Origin: an uncultured Methanoregulaceae archaeon
GTDB taxonomy: Archaea > Halobacteriota > Methanomicrobia > Methanomicrobiales > Methanospirillaceae
Reading direction: 5' to 3'
Assembly: GCA_963705255.1 (NCBI GenBank)
Contig: OY970061.1
Coordinates: forward strand, 2,496,001-2,560,000
Length of the DNA: 64,000 bases
The notes under the pieces are model-generated. The model was not told where the DNA came from and searched no databases. It saw only the letters and a list, made by a program, of their open reading frames with translations. A program made the position numbers and the translations under genes. Below are positions 20,253 to 32,026 of this stretch, piece by piece (positions within the stretch are counted from its first letter, which is position 1; the number at the start of each line of letters is the position of its first letter).

Positions 20253-21911
20253 TTACTTTTTGAGAGTAAAAACATCAATATTGATGCTGCCCATCTTCCC
20301 ATCGCGGTGAATATAGTAATCGATTAGCCTGTTTTCGTTATCGTAAAAAGAGAACCAATAGTCCAATTTATATGTCTTTTTATCATAGCCTTCAATCGAT
20401 GGGTAACTTTCAGTATCGTGAAGGATAATTACTCCCGGATTATTTTGTGTTAAAATGGCAATTTCAGGAAGATCGCTGTACAATTGAATTTTATCCCAGC
20501 GATGACCACGATAATACCACGGAAGAGGCCAATAGTCTTCCGACGCGATGACGACATGACCTGAAGCGTCGATCAGCTGCATCACCTGACGGAGATCCTC
20601 CGAGTTCTGGACTTGCACGATCGGCTCGTTGATATCTGCCGGAATGAAAGCGACATGCCATGTCATTGCAATAAGGAAAATACATCCAATAAGTGCAATT
20701 GCAGTCTTTTGCCAGTTAATCTTATACACTGCAACAAAGCACATCGGGAGCAACTGATGAATCAGAAGCCAAGGTACTTTCTCACCAACGTAGGCATAGA
20801 ATGCCATGGTGAGGATCATCCAGTAAATACAGAATCCGAAAAAGAGATCGGATTTTGAATGTATCTCATCTCCCTTTTTTAACTGTTCCAAGCTGACCGT
20901 TGCAAGTTCTTTGGTTGAGAGAACAAACCCTCGGTGCAGTACCCAGTTTCTCGTCTTTTTTACTAGTATTGCAATGTCCTCTCCAGCCAGCAGGTACTGG
21001 AAGGTTCCGATGATTGCGAGGATAAATATCGGAAGCTCATAGAGCAGGTAAAGTGGGATATAAAAAAACCAGGGCCCGCCAAGACGCTGCTCGTTACTCA
21101 TTGAGATCCAGTGATCAACAGCCTGGTACCACCCGGTTGTATTTGCCTCGAACTGGACTCCGGTGACAGATACCTGAAAGTTTTGTCCTACGAGAGTCTC
21201 CGGATGGGTCCCGAATGCTGAGTAGAGGAGAGCCGTTAATGCTACAACAAGAATTAAAAAAATAATGCTGTGTTTTTTCCAGTGAGATGGGAGAACCAGA
21301 CGACCTCTCCAAACAGCATAGATGAAAAATGAAGCAAAAATAATCAGAATTACTGGAGTCTCCTCTTTGCAGCACAATCCCCCCGCGGTTGCAATAGCCG
21401 CAATTATCGCAAATCTGACCTGTCCACGGTCAAAATAATAAAGAAGGGATACAAGAAGCAGGAACGTGAAAAAGAGCATAAAGATGTCGTGCCTGAGAAA
21501 CCGGGAAAAATATACCATATCCGGGGATATGGCCAGAAATAAAGCCACGAGGAGTGTCTGATTCTTATTGATATACCCAAGACGATAGACATAATACACA
21601 AGCGGTATCAGGAGGGCTCCAAAGAGGGCGGGAAGAAGACGGGCGACGAGGTCTGAAGCTCCGAATAATGAGAACATCCCCGCTGTAACATAATAAAGGA
21701 AAGGTCCATGATAACTTGGATCATATACCCATGTTCCTTGGGTGAGTAACTGAAAAGAGAACCAGGAATGAATTGCTTCATCATGATGAAATAACTTGAG
21801 ATCGAGCTGCCAGAAACGCAGAAAAATTGCAATGAGGATAATTAATAAAAAAACTCTTTCAAAAGTGAATACCTGTTTGAGTTTACTGGAAAAATGAGCG
21901 GCCTGTTTCAC
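20253..21911 (-). CDS. Agl23-like / TIGR03663 GT-C membrane protein
   Basis: FHHDEAIH, YDPSYHGP, SRFLRHD, EKVPWL, WPLPWY. Confidence 0.82.
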   Translation of the reverse strand: MKQAAHFSSKLKQVFTFERVFLLIILIAIFLRFWQLDLKLFHHDEAIHSWFSFQLLTQGTWVYDPSYHGPFLYYVTAGMFSLFGASDLVARLLPALFGALLIPLVYYVYRLGYINKNQTLLVALFLAISPDMVYFSRFLRHDIFMLFFTFLLLVSLLYYFDRGQVRFAIIAAIATAGGLCCKEETPVILIIFASFFIYAVWRGRLVLPSHWKKHSIIFLILVVALTALLYSAFGTHPETLVGQNFQVSVTGVQFEANTTGWYQAVDHWISMSNEQRLGGPWFFYIPLYLLYELPIFILAIIGTFQYLLAGEDIAILVKKTRNWVLHRGFVLSTKELATVSLEQLKKGDEIHSKSDLFFGFCIYWMILTMAFYAYVGEKVPWLLIHQLLPMCFVAVYKINWQKTAIALIGCIFLIAMTWHVAFIPADINEPIVQVQNSEDLRQVMQLIDASGHVVIASEDYWPLPWYYRGHRWDKIQLYSDLPEIAILTQNNPGVIILHDTESYPSIEGYDKKTYKLDYWFSFYDNENRLIDYYIHRDGKMGSINIDVFTLKK

Positions 21912-21920
21912 GCCGCACCT

Positions 21921-22229
21921 TCAACTTTCTAAAACTATCTCAATGCCAATATCTTTTGGCACCTGGATGCGCATTAACTGGCGGAGCGCACGTTCATCAG
22001 CATCGATATCAATGAGGCGCTTATGTACACGCATCTGCCAGCGGTCCCATGTTGCGGTCCCCTCTCCATCCGGACTCTTCCGTATCGGCACAACCAATCT
22101 TTTGGTTGGGAGGGGTATCGGGCCGGCCAGATTCACACCTGTGCGTTCGGCAATCTCCCGGATCCTGTCACAGACCATCTCTACTTTCTTGAAGTCTGTC
22201 CCTGTCAGGCGAATTCTGGCTTTCTGCAT
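21921..22229 (-). CDS. rps10: 30S ribosomal protein S10
   Basis: [18 protein letters not shown]. Confidence 0.96.
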   Translation of the reverse strand: MQKARIRLTGTDFKKVEMVCDRIREIAERTGVNLAGPIPLPTKRLVVPIRKSPDGEGTATWDRWQMRVHKRLIDIDADERALRQLMRIQVPKDIGIEIVLES

Positions 22230-22249
22230 GTTGTTCACCAAAAATAATA

Positions 22250-23527
22250 TTATCTCATCTGTTTCGGCTGAATGGCAATGCACATTCCAGCAGCGATCGT
22301 TGAACCCATATCACGGACAGCAAACCTGCCAAGCTGCGGGAGTTCCTTGACATTCTCAATGACCATCGGTTTCGTTGGCTTGATGACGACAATGGCGGCG
22401 TCACCTGATTTAAGAAATGTCGGGTTTTCTTCCTTGGTCTGACCGGAGCGTGGGTCGAGCTTCTTCTTGAGCTCGATAAATGTACACGCAGTCTGGGAGG
22501 TGTGGCAGTGGAAGACCGGAGTATAACCTACCGTTAGTGCACTCGGGTGCTGGAGTACGACAATCTGTGCAGTAAACTCATCGGCAACCGTTGGCGGGGC
22601 ATCTGCGGGTCCACAGACATCACCACGGCGGATATCTCCTTTGCCGATACCACGGACATTGAAACCGACGTTGTCACCAGGTACTGCCTGGGGTATCTCT
22701 TCATGGTGCATTTCGATGGACTTGATCTCTCCATCCTTGTTGGCAGGCATGAAGGAAACTTTCATCCCCTTCTTCATGATACCGGTTTCAACGCGGCCGA
22801 CCGGAACTGTGCCGATACCGCTGATGCTGTACACATCTTGAATTGGGAGGCGGAATGGTTTGTCGGTTGGTTTTTCGGGCTCTTTGAAGGTGTCAAGTGC
22901 CGGAATAAGTGCCGGGCCTTTGTACCAGGGCATTTCAGAACCGACTGACTTGATGTTTGCCCCGCCAAGAGCGCTGATCGGGATAAAAAGAGTCTCATCG
23001 GGTTTATATCCGACCATCTTGATGAGATCGGAGAGGTCCTTCTTGACTTCGTTGAACCGCTTTTCATCGTATTTTACTGCGTCCATCTTGTTGATGGCGA
23101 TAATGATCTGGGTAATACCAAGGGTTCTTGCAAGGAATACATGCTCCTTGGTCTGCTCCATTACCCCATCTGCGGCGGCGACAACGAGGATTGCAGCGTC
23201 AGCCTGGGAGGCACCGGTAATCATGTTCTTGACAAAGTCTCTGTGTCCTGGGCAATCCACGACCGTGAAATAATACTTCGGCGTATCAAACCGCTTGTGG
23301 GCAATATCGATTGTGATGCCTCTTTCACGTTCTTCCTTGAGGTTGTCCATAACCCATGCAAACTCAAAGGTTGCCTTGCCCTTGGACTCGGCCTCCTTTC
23401 TGTAGCCTTCGATAATGTGTGCAGGTACTGCACCGGTCTCGAACATCATTCGTCCGACGGTGGTAGACTTTCCGTGGTCGATGTGGCCGATTACAGCCAG
23501 ATTCATATGGGGCTTGTCAGATGCCAT
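22250..23527 (-). CDS. tuf: Translation elongation factor EF-1alpha
   Basis: [30 protein letters not shown]. Confidence 0.98.
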   Translation of the reverse strand: MASDKPHMNLAVIGHIDHGKSTTVGRMMFETGAVPAHIIEGYRKEAESKGKATFEFAWVMDNLKEERERGITIDIAHKRFDTPKYYFTVVDCPGHRDFVKNMITGASQADAAILVVAAADGVMEQTKEHVFLARTLGITQIIIAINKMDAVKYDEKRFNEVKKDLSDLIKMVGYKPDETLFIPISALGGANIKSVGSEMPWYKGPALIPALDTFKEPEKPTDKPFRLPIQDVYSISGIGTVPVGRVETGIMKKGMKVSFMPANKDGEIKSIEMHHEEIPQAVPGDNVGFNVRGIGKGDIRRGDVCGPADAPPTVADEFTAQIVVLQHPSALTVGYTPVFHCHTSQTACTFIELKKKLDPRSGQTKEENPTFLKSGDAAIVVIKPTKPMVIENVKELPQLGRFAVRDMGSTIAAGMCIAIQPKQMR

Positions 23528-23693
23528 TTAATTGATCCTCCAAATGTACGGGACTGTCCGCTTACAGTCAGTTTATGCGAGTATTACTTATATGAGACCC
23601 ATCTATATAAAGTATTTCGATTGGCGAGAGCATTTTTCCGATGTAAATCATACATCGGCATCATGATATCAGATGCTTGAATATCTTCATTAC

Positions 23694-23990
23694 ATGAAGA
23701 TTCTGCCACTTCAGCGGGATGAAAAAAAGAGCCGGGTTACGGTAACCTGTGCTGAGGGTAACGTTTCGGTCTACAACCACTGCGCGTATTGTAAGCACTG
23801 TAAGGGAGTTCAAACGACAAGCCGGATAGTACCCACACCTCAGATGCAGGCACTAAATGATATGAAACGTGGATCCGCAGCAGATGAAAACCTGATGAAT
23901 GCAGCAATGATGTTCAATTCACTCATCCGTGATGGGACCGCGATTCAATGCGAAGATGATGCAGGACATGGATATGAGAGATTATATTGA
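23694..23990 (+). CDS. Small Cys-rich hypothetical protein (CxxCxxC)
   Basis: ORF divergent from tuf; contains HCAYCKHCKG. Confidence 0.65.
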   Translation: MKILPLQRDEKKSRVTVTCAEGNVSVYNHCAYCKHCKGVQTTSRIVPTPQMQALNDMKRGSAADENLMNAAMMFNSLIRDGTAIQCEDDAGHGYERLY

Positions 23991-24208
23991 CTCTTTCCCA
24001 TGTGTGTTTTTGATATTGATATCATAGTTTTTACATCTGAATCTTTATTTAAAACTGTCAATTTGCTATTATACCATCTTTTATTGTCTGCCTTCGATAA
24101 CCTGATATGGAAAGATATTTTTGCGGTTAACACCTAGGTTGGATTTATCTACTTAGAATTAATTTTAATCTAAAAAATTTGGGAGGGTCCTGTTTTGATC
24201 GCCCGTCG

Positions 24209-24919
24209 CTAGATAAGTGCTATTGCAAGAATCACGCAGGCACGGGTGATCTCATTTGAAGCACCGACTACATCCCCGTTTACCCCTCCAAAGAGATGCT
24301 TGGAGATAACAACCAGCACTATCGGACAAAGGAACATCACGATGAGAGATCCGAAGATCTTTATCGGTTCTACGGGCAGGAAAAAAAGTGGGAGGCAAAG
24401 GAGTAAAGACAAGAGAGGGAAGGACTTCTGGGAGAATTTGTGAAGATAGCTGTGTATCCCCTCACGAAATGGAGTTCCGTACGTTGTTAAAAAAGACATG
24501 GAAAACTTTGCGCAGACCTCGCCGGTAATTATCGCAACAATTAAAGAAGGGGACTCCTGAAGCCCCGCAAATAAGAGGATTGTAATTGTTATCCCAAGTG
24601 CTAAAGCTCCGGCCCCGATATTCCGGTCGAGCAAGGCCTTCACCCTTTTCTCTCTGTTCCCATGAGCCATCAGGCCATCACCAAAATCAAGCAATCCGTC
24701 GAAGTGGTGAGCACCGGTGATTAACATCAACATTGCAATAGCGACTGCCGCAGCAACTGTCCGGTCAGCAATAAAGAACACCGGTAGTGCTACGATCAAT
24801 CCGATGATGTAACCTGCAAGAGGATAAATATAGGAATGCCTGCCGAAATTTTCAAGATCCTCTACCTTACCCAAAGGCAATACTGTCGTAAATTGCAGGA
24901 GGGAAATGACCGGTTTCAT
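24209..24919 (-). CDS. cobS: Adenosylcobinamide-GDP ribazoletransferase
   Basis: TGAHHFDGLLDFGDG, FGGVNGDVVGA. Confidence 0.92.
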   Translation of the reverse strand: MKPVISLLQFTTVLPLGKVEDLENFGRHSYIYPLAGYIIGLIVALPVFFIADRTVAAAVAIAMLMLITGAHHFDGLLDFGDGLMAHGNREKRVKALLDRNIGAGALALGITITILLFAGLQESPSLIVAIITGEVCAKFSMSFLTTYGTPFREGIHSYLHKFSQKSFPLLSLLLCLPLFFLPVEPIKIFGSLIVMFLCPIVLVVISKHLFGGVNGDVVGASNEITRACVILAIALI

Positions 24920-25350
24920 AAACATTCGCCATACAATCGCGAGGTGCAACCGGCGATCAGTCCAGCAATGGCATCATCAAGGAATGGCCCTAATCTTGCA
25001 AGGATGCCTGGTTTTTTTTGATCGTAACGGGTAAATTCGAACCGTGCATAGGTACCTCCAATGCACTCAGCGATGGCCATACCAATGATTTCATCACTTA
25101 GCAAAAAAATAGGATCATCAGCAATTTCAGAATTTTTTCTTTTTTTATAAAGTTCATCTTCAAGGAGAATTGCTCCGAGAATCAAGGAGGCGACGTTTGG
25201 ATCACCAAGATATTTTTTTATTTTATGCTTGATTTCAACTGCCGCCAGATCCTCTGGCATTCCATGAGAGACGTACAATCCCATGGCGGCAGTGACAATG
25301 TCATCAAGTGTGATTCCATTATCTCGTAATCGCTGTTCGATCTCAAACAT
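24916..25350 (-). CDS. cobZ: Alpha-ribazole phosphatase CobZ / PgpA-like protein
   Basis: DPNV, RYDQKKPGIL and GPFLDDAIAG; overlaps the cobS start. Confidence 0.78.
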   Translation of the reverse strand: MFEIEQRLRDNGITLDDIVTAAMGLYVSHGMPEDLAAVEIKHKIKKYLGDPNVASLILGAILLEDELYKKRKNSEIADDPIFLLSDEIIGMAIAECIGGTYARFEFTRYDQKKPGILARLGPFLDDAIAGLIAGCTSRLYGECL

Positions 25351-25447
25351 ATGAATAAGAGTTGGATTTTTTGGACTATTATATCGTTGTGGAATTTTTA
25401 ACCGATATCTCTAAACTGAAAGAACGGTGATGTATGAGTTGATAATT

Positions 25448-26459
25448 ATGGGGTTCTTTTCAGCCATTTCTCCTGTTACATTTGATAAACCACTATTCTG
25501 CAGCATTCTTGGCAATACTCTGCTTTCTACTGTTCCAGGAATCTCAGGTGCAGGTCCCACACCGGAAAAAACTCTTTTAACCCCAATACTTGATGCGGAA
25601 CTGATTACGTTCGGCACTATAAAAAGTCAGCCGATAAAACCGAATACTCCAACTGGTTGTCCGACTCCAGACCACCATAACCCGGGCAATGATGGAATTG
25701 ACCGGGTTGCATCCGGTTTTCATTAATTCGGGTCTCCAAAATCAGCCGACAGTCCCTTGTATCGATGCTTACGGGAATGTTGGGGAGGATCCGCGTTTCC
25801 GAGATGCCGTACCTCATGCACAGAACCTTTTCCGCCAAGGGGAATTGATAGGTACTTTTCTTTCTGCATATAGTGACCTTCTTGTGCTTGGTGAATGCGT
25901 GCCTGGGGGAACCACGACAGCATTGTGTGTGCTCCGTGCATTGAATTATGATGCCGCTGTTAGCAGCAGTTTTACAAACAATCCTGTTACGAAAAAAAAT
26001 GAGATTTGCCGCCTCGCTCTTAAACGAATCAGCGATGATGGAGTGTCACTGCCACTTGATATAATCAGATATACTGGTGATCCCATGATGCCGGTTGCTG
26101 CAGGTATCGCACGTACCTATGCAGGTAATATTATCCTAGCCGGTGGAACCCAGATGCTTGCGGTAAGTGCAGTGATAAAAGCTATTGGAGGGTCACTCCC
26201 TAACATAGTAACGACAACATATGTCAGAGATGACCCAACGGCTAATGTTGTTCATCTGGCAAAACAGATTGGAATAGGTATATCCTATGTGGATCCGGGC
26301 TTTGACGACATCGGGCATATCGGACTAGCACGATATTGCATTGGTGAGGTAAAAGAAGGGATGGGTGCCGGTGGAGCGATGTGTCTTGCTTATCTCCTTG
26401 GCTATAGTCCTGAAGCGATCAGAAGTAATATTCTTACAACCGTAAATACCTATAGTTGA
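25448..26459 (+). CDS. cobT: Archaeal CobT-like nicotinate-nucleotide-DMB phosphoribosyltransferase (TIGR00303); +1 frameshift near 25671
   Basis: GISGAG and PTP in the first frame; GECVPGGTTTA and VKEGMGAGG in the second. Removing one A restores PTPATITRAMM. Confidence 0.85.
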
Positions 26460-26496
26460 ACAGACTTAATAGGATCTCAAAACAAACCTCAGACTA

Positions 26497-27057
26497 ATGC
26501 TTCCTATCTATATTGTCAATAACTTCGGGCAATTTAATCATCTTATCCTTCGGACACTCCGGGATATGGAAATTGACGCTACAATGATTCCTAACTCAAC
26601 TCCCCCACAAAAAATAGCGGAGGACTGTAGGGGAATAATTCTGGGCGGGGGCCCATCTTTAGAGCGTTCCGGTAATTGTGATACCTACCTTGATCTTGGA
26701 CTGCCGGTTCTTGGAATCTGCCTCGGGCTCCATATAATCGCAGTAAAATTTGGTGGGGAAGTGCGTACCGGGCGAAAAGGAGGGTATGGACCGGTCGATG
26801 TAGATATTTGCGAACATAATGATATCCTGAAAGGTTACCCGGATAAGATAAGTGTTTGGGCATCGCATGCCGATGAGGTTACTAAGATGCCAGAAGGATT
26901 TACACTCCTTGCTCATTCATCCATCTGCAGTGCAGAAGCGGTTGCTTTTCAAAAAATGCATATCTATGGACTTCAATGGCACCCGGAAGTAAGTCATACG
27001 TTCGAGGGAAAACGCGTTTTTGAAAATTTTAACCAAATAATTCTTGATACTATGTAA
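26497..27057 (+). CDS. guaAA: GMP synthase glutamine amidotransferase subunit A
   Basis: GQFNHLI, LGICLG, SHADEV, QWHPEV. Confidence 0.92.
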   Translation: MLPIYIVNNFGQFNHLILRTLRDMEIDATMIPNSTPPQKIAEDCRGIILGGGPSLERSGNCDTYLDLGLPVLGICLGLHIIAVKFGGEVRTGRKGGYGPVDVDICEHNDILKGYPDKISVWASHADEVTKMPEGFTLLAHSSICSAEAVAFQKMHIYGLQWHPEVSHTFEGKRVFENFNQIILDTM

Positions 27058-27122
27058 TCCATACGTTTTATGTCTATCAATTTGCCGTGTTAAATATATA
27101 TTCGGAGACAATAAGGAAGATC

Positions 27123-28164
27123 ATGGAAACCAAAACGTTCATTCTATTTTCATTCATGATTACTGGTATTCTTTTTTTTGTAACTCCCGTTACTGCAGCG
27201 GCTCCAATCAGGTACTATCGCTCCCGGAAATACTGTTTTTATTGGCGAACAGGGACTTGATGTAACCTCGGTGATGAACGGGGATTCACAGATCGGATGG
27301 TGGGCATCAGGTGCTTCGATTGCAACAAGTTCACCGGACTATACCGTTTCGATATCTGACCTGAAAAATTTCTATGTCTCTCCAACCGATTTCGGATCCC
27401 ATCAAGGATCCTGGTACAGGTTCTCAGCATCAAGCAAGGCAAATGGTACTGCTTTTCTTGTTGCCGATCCTCACCTTGGCATCCGTGTTGAAGATTCAAC
27501 GGTTAATGTTGAGGTAACTGACAAATGGGTGCCATCAGGTGATGATATCAAGTTCAGTATTGAAACAAATCTGGTTCAGATGACGCAGAGAACCGGCGTC
27601 AATTCAGTTCCTGTAACAATCTATGTCCAATCTCCGACAGGTGGAACCTTCAACGCCCTTTTGAATTCATCGGGAACGCCCAATTCGATTGTTGACATTC
27701 CTGTTACAACCAACCCCTTTTCCCCTTCATTCAGCTGGAATACGGGCAAGCGCGATATCTATCCTCCGGGAATCTATTATATCTGGGCAGATTGTGATGT
27801 GAACTCCATGAAGGATAATTACGGCCAGATCGGGAAGGCTATCAGCCAGCAGGTTAGTCTTCTCAATCAGGATCAGAACCCCCTGATTGCAAACAGCGGG
27901 TATATAACAAATCCCACAACCCAAATCACAGTTTTACCTACTCAAATAACTACAGCAATCGCAACCCCTGCGGTTACTTCCTTCACCACTACTCAATATC
28001 CATCCAGTGTTCCAACGGTTATGACAACATCACCTCTTGCGGTAATAACTTCGACAACCCCGTCTACCAGCACTCCGGTTCAGACAAAATCCTCTGGATT
28101 TGAGGCCGTCCTTGTGGCAGCCTCTATCCTCTTTGCGATAGTCCTCTTTTTCAGGAAGCAATGA
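27123..28164 (+). CDS. DUF3821-like surface glycoprotein with Thr-rich linker and PGF-CTERM-like tail; +1 frameshift near 27211
   Basis: Signal peptide from the ATG at 27123; the shifted frame gives GNTVFIGEQGLDV; C-terminus is SGF + TM + RKQ. Confidence 0.75.
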
Positions 28165-28216
28165 AATCCTCTTTTAGTCGCAACAATTTTATTGCATGAG
28201 CCTCTCATTCCGGTGT

Positions 28217-28723
28217 ATGAATATTGTAACAACTATTATCAAATCCCGTCATAGTATCCGGAAATTTAAAACCGAAAAAGTCGATGAAATAGTAATCAGG
28301 GATGCAATAGAATGCGCTTCACTTGCACCTACTGCAAGGAACATCCAGCCATGGTTGTTTGGTGTAATCCGGAACCCGGAGAGGCTTGCGAATATTGCAG
28401 ATCTTACCGAGAATGGAAAATTTATTGCAGAGTCTTCAGTCTGTTTTGCAGTTTTTGGAGAACGGGATGAGATGTACTACCTTGAAGACTGTTGTGCGGC
28501 AACAGAAAACCTTATTCTGGCACTTCAGGCATACGGGGTTTCATCATGCTGGGTAGCAGGGGATAAAAAATCTTATGCCGAACCGGTTAGAAAATTACTC
28601 AATGTACCAGAAAAATATACCCTAGTATCATTGATTGCTGCAGGCAATCCTGCTGAAATAACGATTTCAGAGAAAAAAGACAAACGTCATATCTTCTTTT
28701 GCGAAGAATTCAAAATGGACTGA
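28217..28723 (+). CDS. Nitroreductase family protein
   Basis: SRHSIRKF, APTARNIQPW, GVSSCW. Confidence 0.88.
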   Translation: MNIVTTIIKSRHSIRKFKTEKVDEIVIRDAIECASLAPTARNIQPWLFGVIRNPERLANIADLTENGKFIAESSVCFAVFGERDEMYYLEDCCAATENLILALQAYGVSSCWVAGDKKSYAEPVRKLLNVPEKYTLVSLIAAGNPAEITISEKKDKRHIFFCEEFKMD

Positions 28724-28994
28724 CCCCCGAATCATAATCTCTCTTTTTCCTGAAACGCCCACTCCTGTCATAAAAATGGAATGACTAAATATGTCAGATA
28801 ATTATTGAGATTATCGCAATTTCAGATGAAGAAAGATCGCTATTATAGAATATTATGGCACTCATACTACCTGGGCAATAGAACTCATTTGGCGAAACTG
28901 CATTTTGTCTTCCAATCATAATTCCGTCATTTACTCGTAAATCCAGGTCCTTTTTCTCGTAATCATTAAGCATCAGGCAAGACACATCTTGATT

Positions 28995-30282
28995 ATGAAA
29001 AATGCGATTCTGCAAGTGGCACTTGATCTTCTTGACCTCAAAAGGGCATTGCAGATCGCCTCAGAATCATTGGATGGTGGTGCCGACTGGATTGAGGCCG
29101 GAACGCCCCTTATCAAAAGCGAGGGTATGCAGGCAATCCGATCCCTGAAAGAACAATTTCCGGAATCGATCCTTGTTGCAGATATGAAAATTGCTGATAC
29201 TGGTGCACTTGAAGTGGAGATGGCAGCAAAAGCGGGTGCGGATATAGTCTGTATTCTTGCCGATGCTGATGATTCTGTCATTTCTGAAGCCATAAGAGCT
29301 TCACGACTTTACGGTGTCCGGATTATGGCTGATCTGATCAATGTCAATGATCCGGTGACTCGCGCAAACCAGCTTGAAAAAATGGGAGTGGATATTATTT
29401 GCGCCCATACAGGTATTGATCAGCAGATGATTGGAAAGGATTCCATCGATCTCCTTACGAAATTATCAGGAGAGATTCATATCCCCCTTGCGGTTGCCGG
29501 TGGGATAAATGCTGATCGAGCCGGAGAAGCTATACAGCGTGGTGCTGAAATTGTGATTGTTGGTGGGAATATTATCCGTTCTTCGGATGTAGCCGGCTCT
29601 ACGAGAAAGATCCGTGAAAAAATGAATGCACCTTCTTTCGGACCACATAACCTAAGATCCTCTGATGAAGAGATCCGTATTCTTCTGACGCAGGTATCTG
29701 CACCAAACGTGACTGATGCCATGCACCGCAAAGGGGCAATGGTCGGAATAAATTCTATCTGTGGCAATGTAAAATTGGTCGGTAAAGCTGTAACCGTTCA
29801 GACGTTCGCAGGTGATTGGGCAAAGCCCGTTGAGGCAATTGACATTGCCAATAAAAATGAAGTCATTGTTATCAATAATGACAACGGGACCCACGTTGCT
29901 CCGTGGGGGGAACTTGCCACGCTGAGTTGTATAAAAAAAGAAATTGCCGGGGTTGTTATTGATGGCGCTGTGCGGGATGTTGATGATATACGGGGAATGA
30001 AGTTCCCCCTTTTTGCAAAAGCTATAGTCCCCAATGCAGGCGAACCCAAGGGGTCTGGGGGAGATCAACACTGAAATACAGTGTTGTGGACAATATGTCC
30101 GACCCGGTGACTGGATTATCGGCGATGAGAGCGGGGTGGTTGTAATTCCTTCGGAACGTGCCTATGAAATTGCACGCAGGGCGCTCGAAGTGAGAAAGAA
30201 TGAAGAGAGAATACGTGAAGAGATTCGCAGAGGAAGTACGCTGTCAGAAGTTGCGCAACTAATTAAATGGGAAAAGAAATGA
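28995..30282 (+). CDS. Fused 3-hexulose-6-phosphate synthase / RraA-like domain protein; +1 frameshift near 30054
   Basis: [17 protein letters not shown] and ADMKIADTG, then WGELA and DGAVRD; second frame continues [18 protein letters not shown]. Confidence 0.88.
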
Positions 30283-30289
30283 TTTTATT

Positions 30290-30724
30290 TTAATGGAAAA
30301 CGGATCTTTCCAGCAGTGTTGCACCGGAATTTTGTATTTTTCGTATTGCATCGTCGATTTGATCAACGCGGAGAATGAGTACCGCACCTTCTTTTCCCGA
30401 ATAAGCATAGGAATATTCAATATTAATCCCTGAATCTCCCAGAATTTTTGCAACCTCGTACAATCCTCCAGGCTGGTCTTTCATCTTTACTGCGATAACC
30501 TCGGTAAATGCGATATTAAAACCAAGCGATAACAGCTTATCATGAGCTTTTTCCGGATGATCTACAAGCGCTCTGACAACTCCAAATCCATTTGCCTCAG
30601 CGATACTAAAAGCAAGAATATTGATATTCTCTTCGCCAAGTGCATGGGCAATCGCTGCAAGTCTCCCCGGGCGGTTTTCAGAAAATATCGAGATCTGTTT
30701 TATCACAAATTTTTTTGTGTCCAT
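30290..30724 (-). CDS. ACT domain pair protein
   Basis: QISIFSENRPGRL, DQPGGL, NIEYSYA. Confidence 0.88.
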   Translation of the reverse strand: MDTKKFVIKQISIFSENRPGRLAAIAHALGEENINILAFSIAEANGFGVVRALVDHPEKAHDKLLSLGFNIAFTEVIAVKMKDQPGGLYEVAKILGDSGINIEYSYAYSGKEGAVLILRVDQIDDAIRKIQNSGATLLERSVFH

Positions 30725-32026
30725 TTATAACAACCTCTTGTCTATGACTTTTTTTGATTTTCCTTCAAATCTGGGCAATGAACCCGGTTCGACCAGTTCC
30801 ACATCAACGTTCACATTCAACGAGTTCCTGAGCCGGTGCTCCACTTTCTGTCGAATCTGCATCAAATCATTGATTTTGTCGCTGAATGATCCTTTGGTCA
30901 ATTCAACACGGACGAGCATATCATCAAGTGCCCCCTTTCGGTCGACAACAATCTGGAAATGCTGTCCCACTTCCGGAATTGCCATCAGCGCATACTCTAT
31001 CTGTGATGGGAATACATTGATTCCCCTTATTATCAGCATATCATCAACCCTGCCCTGGATCCGCTGGATGCGCGGATGTGTTCTGCCACAGGCACAGACG
31101 TCATCGTCAACCGATGAGATATCCCCAATACGATACCGGATCATGGGAAGGGCTTCTTTCTGGAGAACTGTGATGGTGAGTTCACCCTTCTCTCCCGCCT
31201 CAAGCGTTTCTTCGGTCTTAGGATCAATGATCTCAGCGAGTGCCAGATCTGACCAGAGATGAAATCCTTTCTGTTCTGAACATTCAGTGAACATCGGACC
31301 TGAAAGCTCACTTGTCCCATAGATATCATAAGCCTTGATACCCAGCCAGTCTTCGATTCGGTCACGCATGCCTTCAGTCCAAGGTTCGGCACCAAGAATT
31401 CCTGTGCGAAGTCTCGTGTCTTTTTTAATGTCAACCCCCATCTTTTCTGCTGCTTCCCCGATGTGCAGGAGATAAGATGGAGTACAGGCAATGGCTGTCG
31501 CACCAAGATCCTGCATCAGTTCGATCTGGCGTTCTGTGTTCCCGACACTTGTGGGAAGCACTGTTGCGCCGATACGTTCTGCACCATAATGCATACCAAG
31601 ACCTCCGGTGAACAGACCGTACCCGTAACTTACCTGAATCACATCTCCCCTGCCGAGTCCGAGCGAAGTCAGGCCGCGGGCAAGAGAGGTTGTCCAGGTA
31701 TTCAGATCGTTCTGGGTATATCCGACAACGGTAGGTTTTCCCGTGGTTCCGCTTGATACGTGGTATCTGACAAGTTCATCCTGTGAAGCCGTAAAAATTC
31801 TGTCAGGATAATTATCTCGTAAATCCCGTTTGAACATAAAAGGGAGTTTTTTTACATCGGCAAGTTCACGAATATCGTCCGGATGAACATGTTGATCTTT
31901 CATTCGATCATGATAAAATGGAGAGAAACTATAAAGACGATATACAAGGCTTTTAAGCAGTTTATATTGCATTCTCTGGAGATCCGCCTTTGGCATCTCC
32001 TCAATACGGGGGTCCCAGCACACCAT
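30725..32026 (-). CDS. paaK: Phenylacetate-CoA ligase family protein
   Basis: HVSSGTTGKPTVVGYT, YGTSE, GRVDDMLIIRGINVFPSQIE. Confidence 0.9.
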   Translation of the reverse strand: MVCWDPRIEEMPKADLQRMQYKLLKSLVYRLYSFSPFYHDRMKDQHVHPDDIRELADVKKLPFMFKRDLRDNYPDRIFTASQDELVRYHVSSGTTGKPTVVGYTQNDLNTWTTSLARGLTSLGLGRGDVIQVSYGYGLFTGGLGMHYGAERIGATVLPTSVGNTERQIELMQDLGATAIACTPSYLLHIGEAAEKMGVDIKKDTRLRTGILGAEPWTEGMRDRIEDWLGIKAYDIYGTSELSGPMFTECSEQKGFHLWSDLALAEIIDPKTEETLEAGEKGELTITVLQKEALPMIRYRIGDISSVDDDVCACGRTHPRIQRIQGRVDDMLIIRGINVFPSQIEYALMAIPEVGQHFQIVVDRKGALDDMLVRVELTKGSFSDKINDLMQIRQKVEHRLRNSLNVNVDVELVEPGSLPRFEGKSKKVIDKRLL

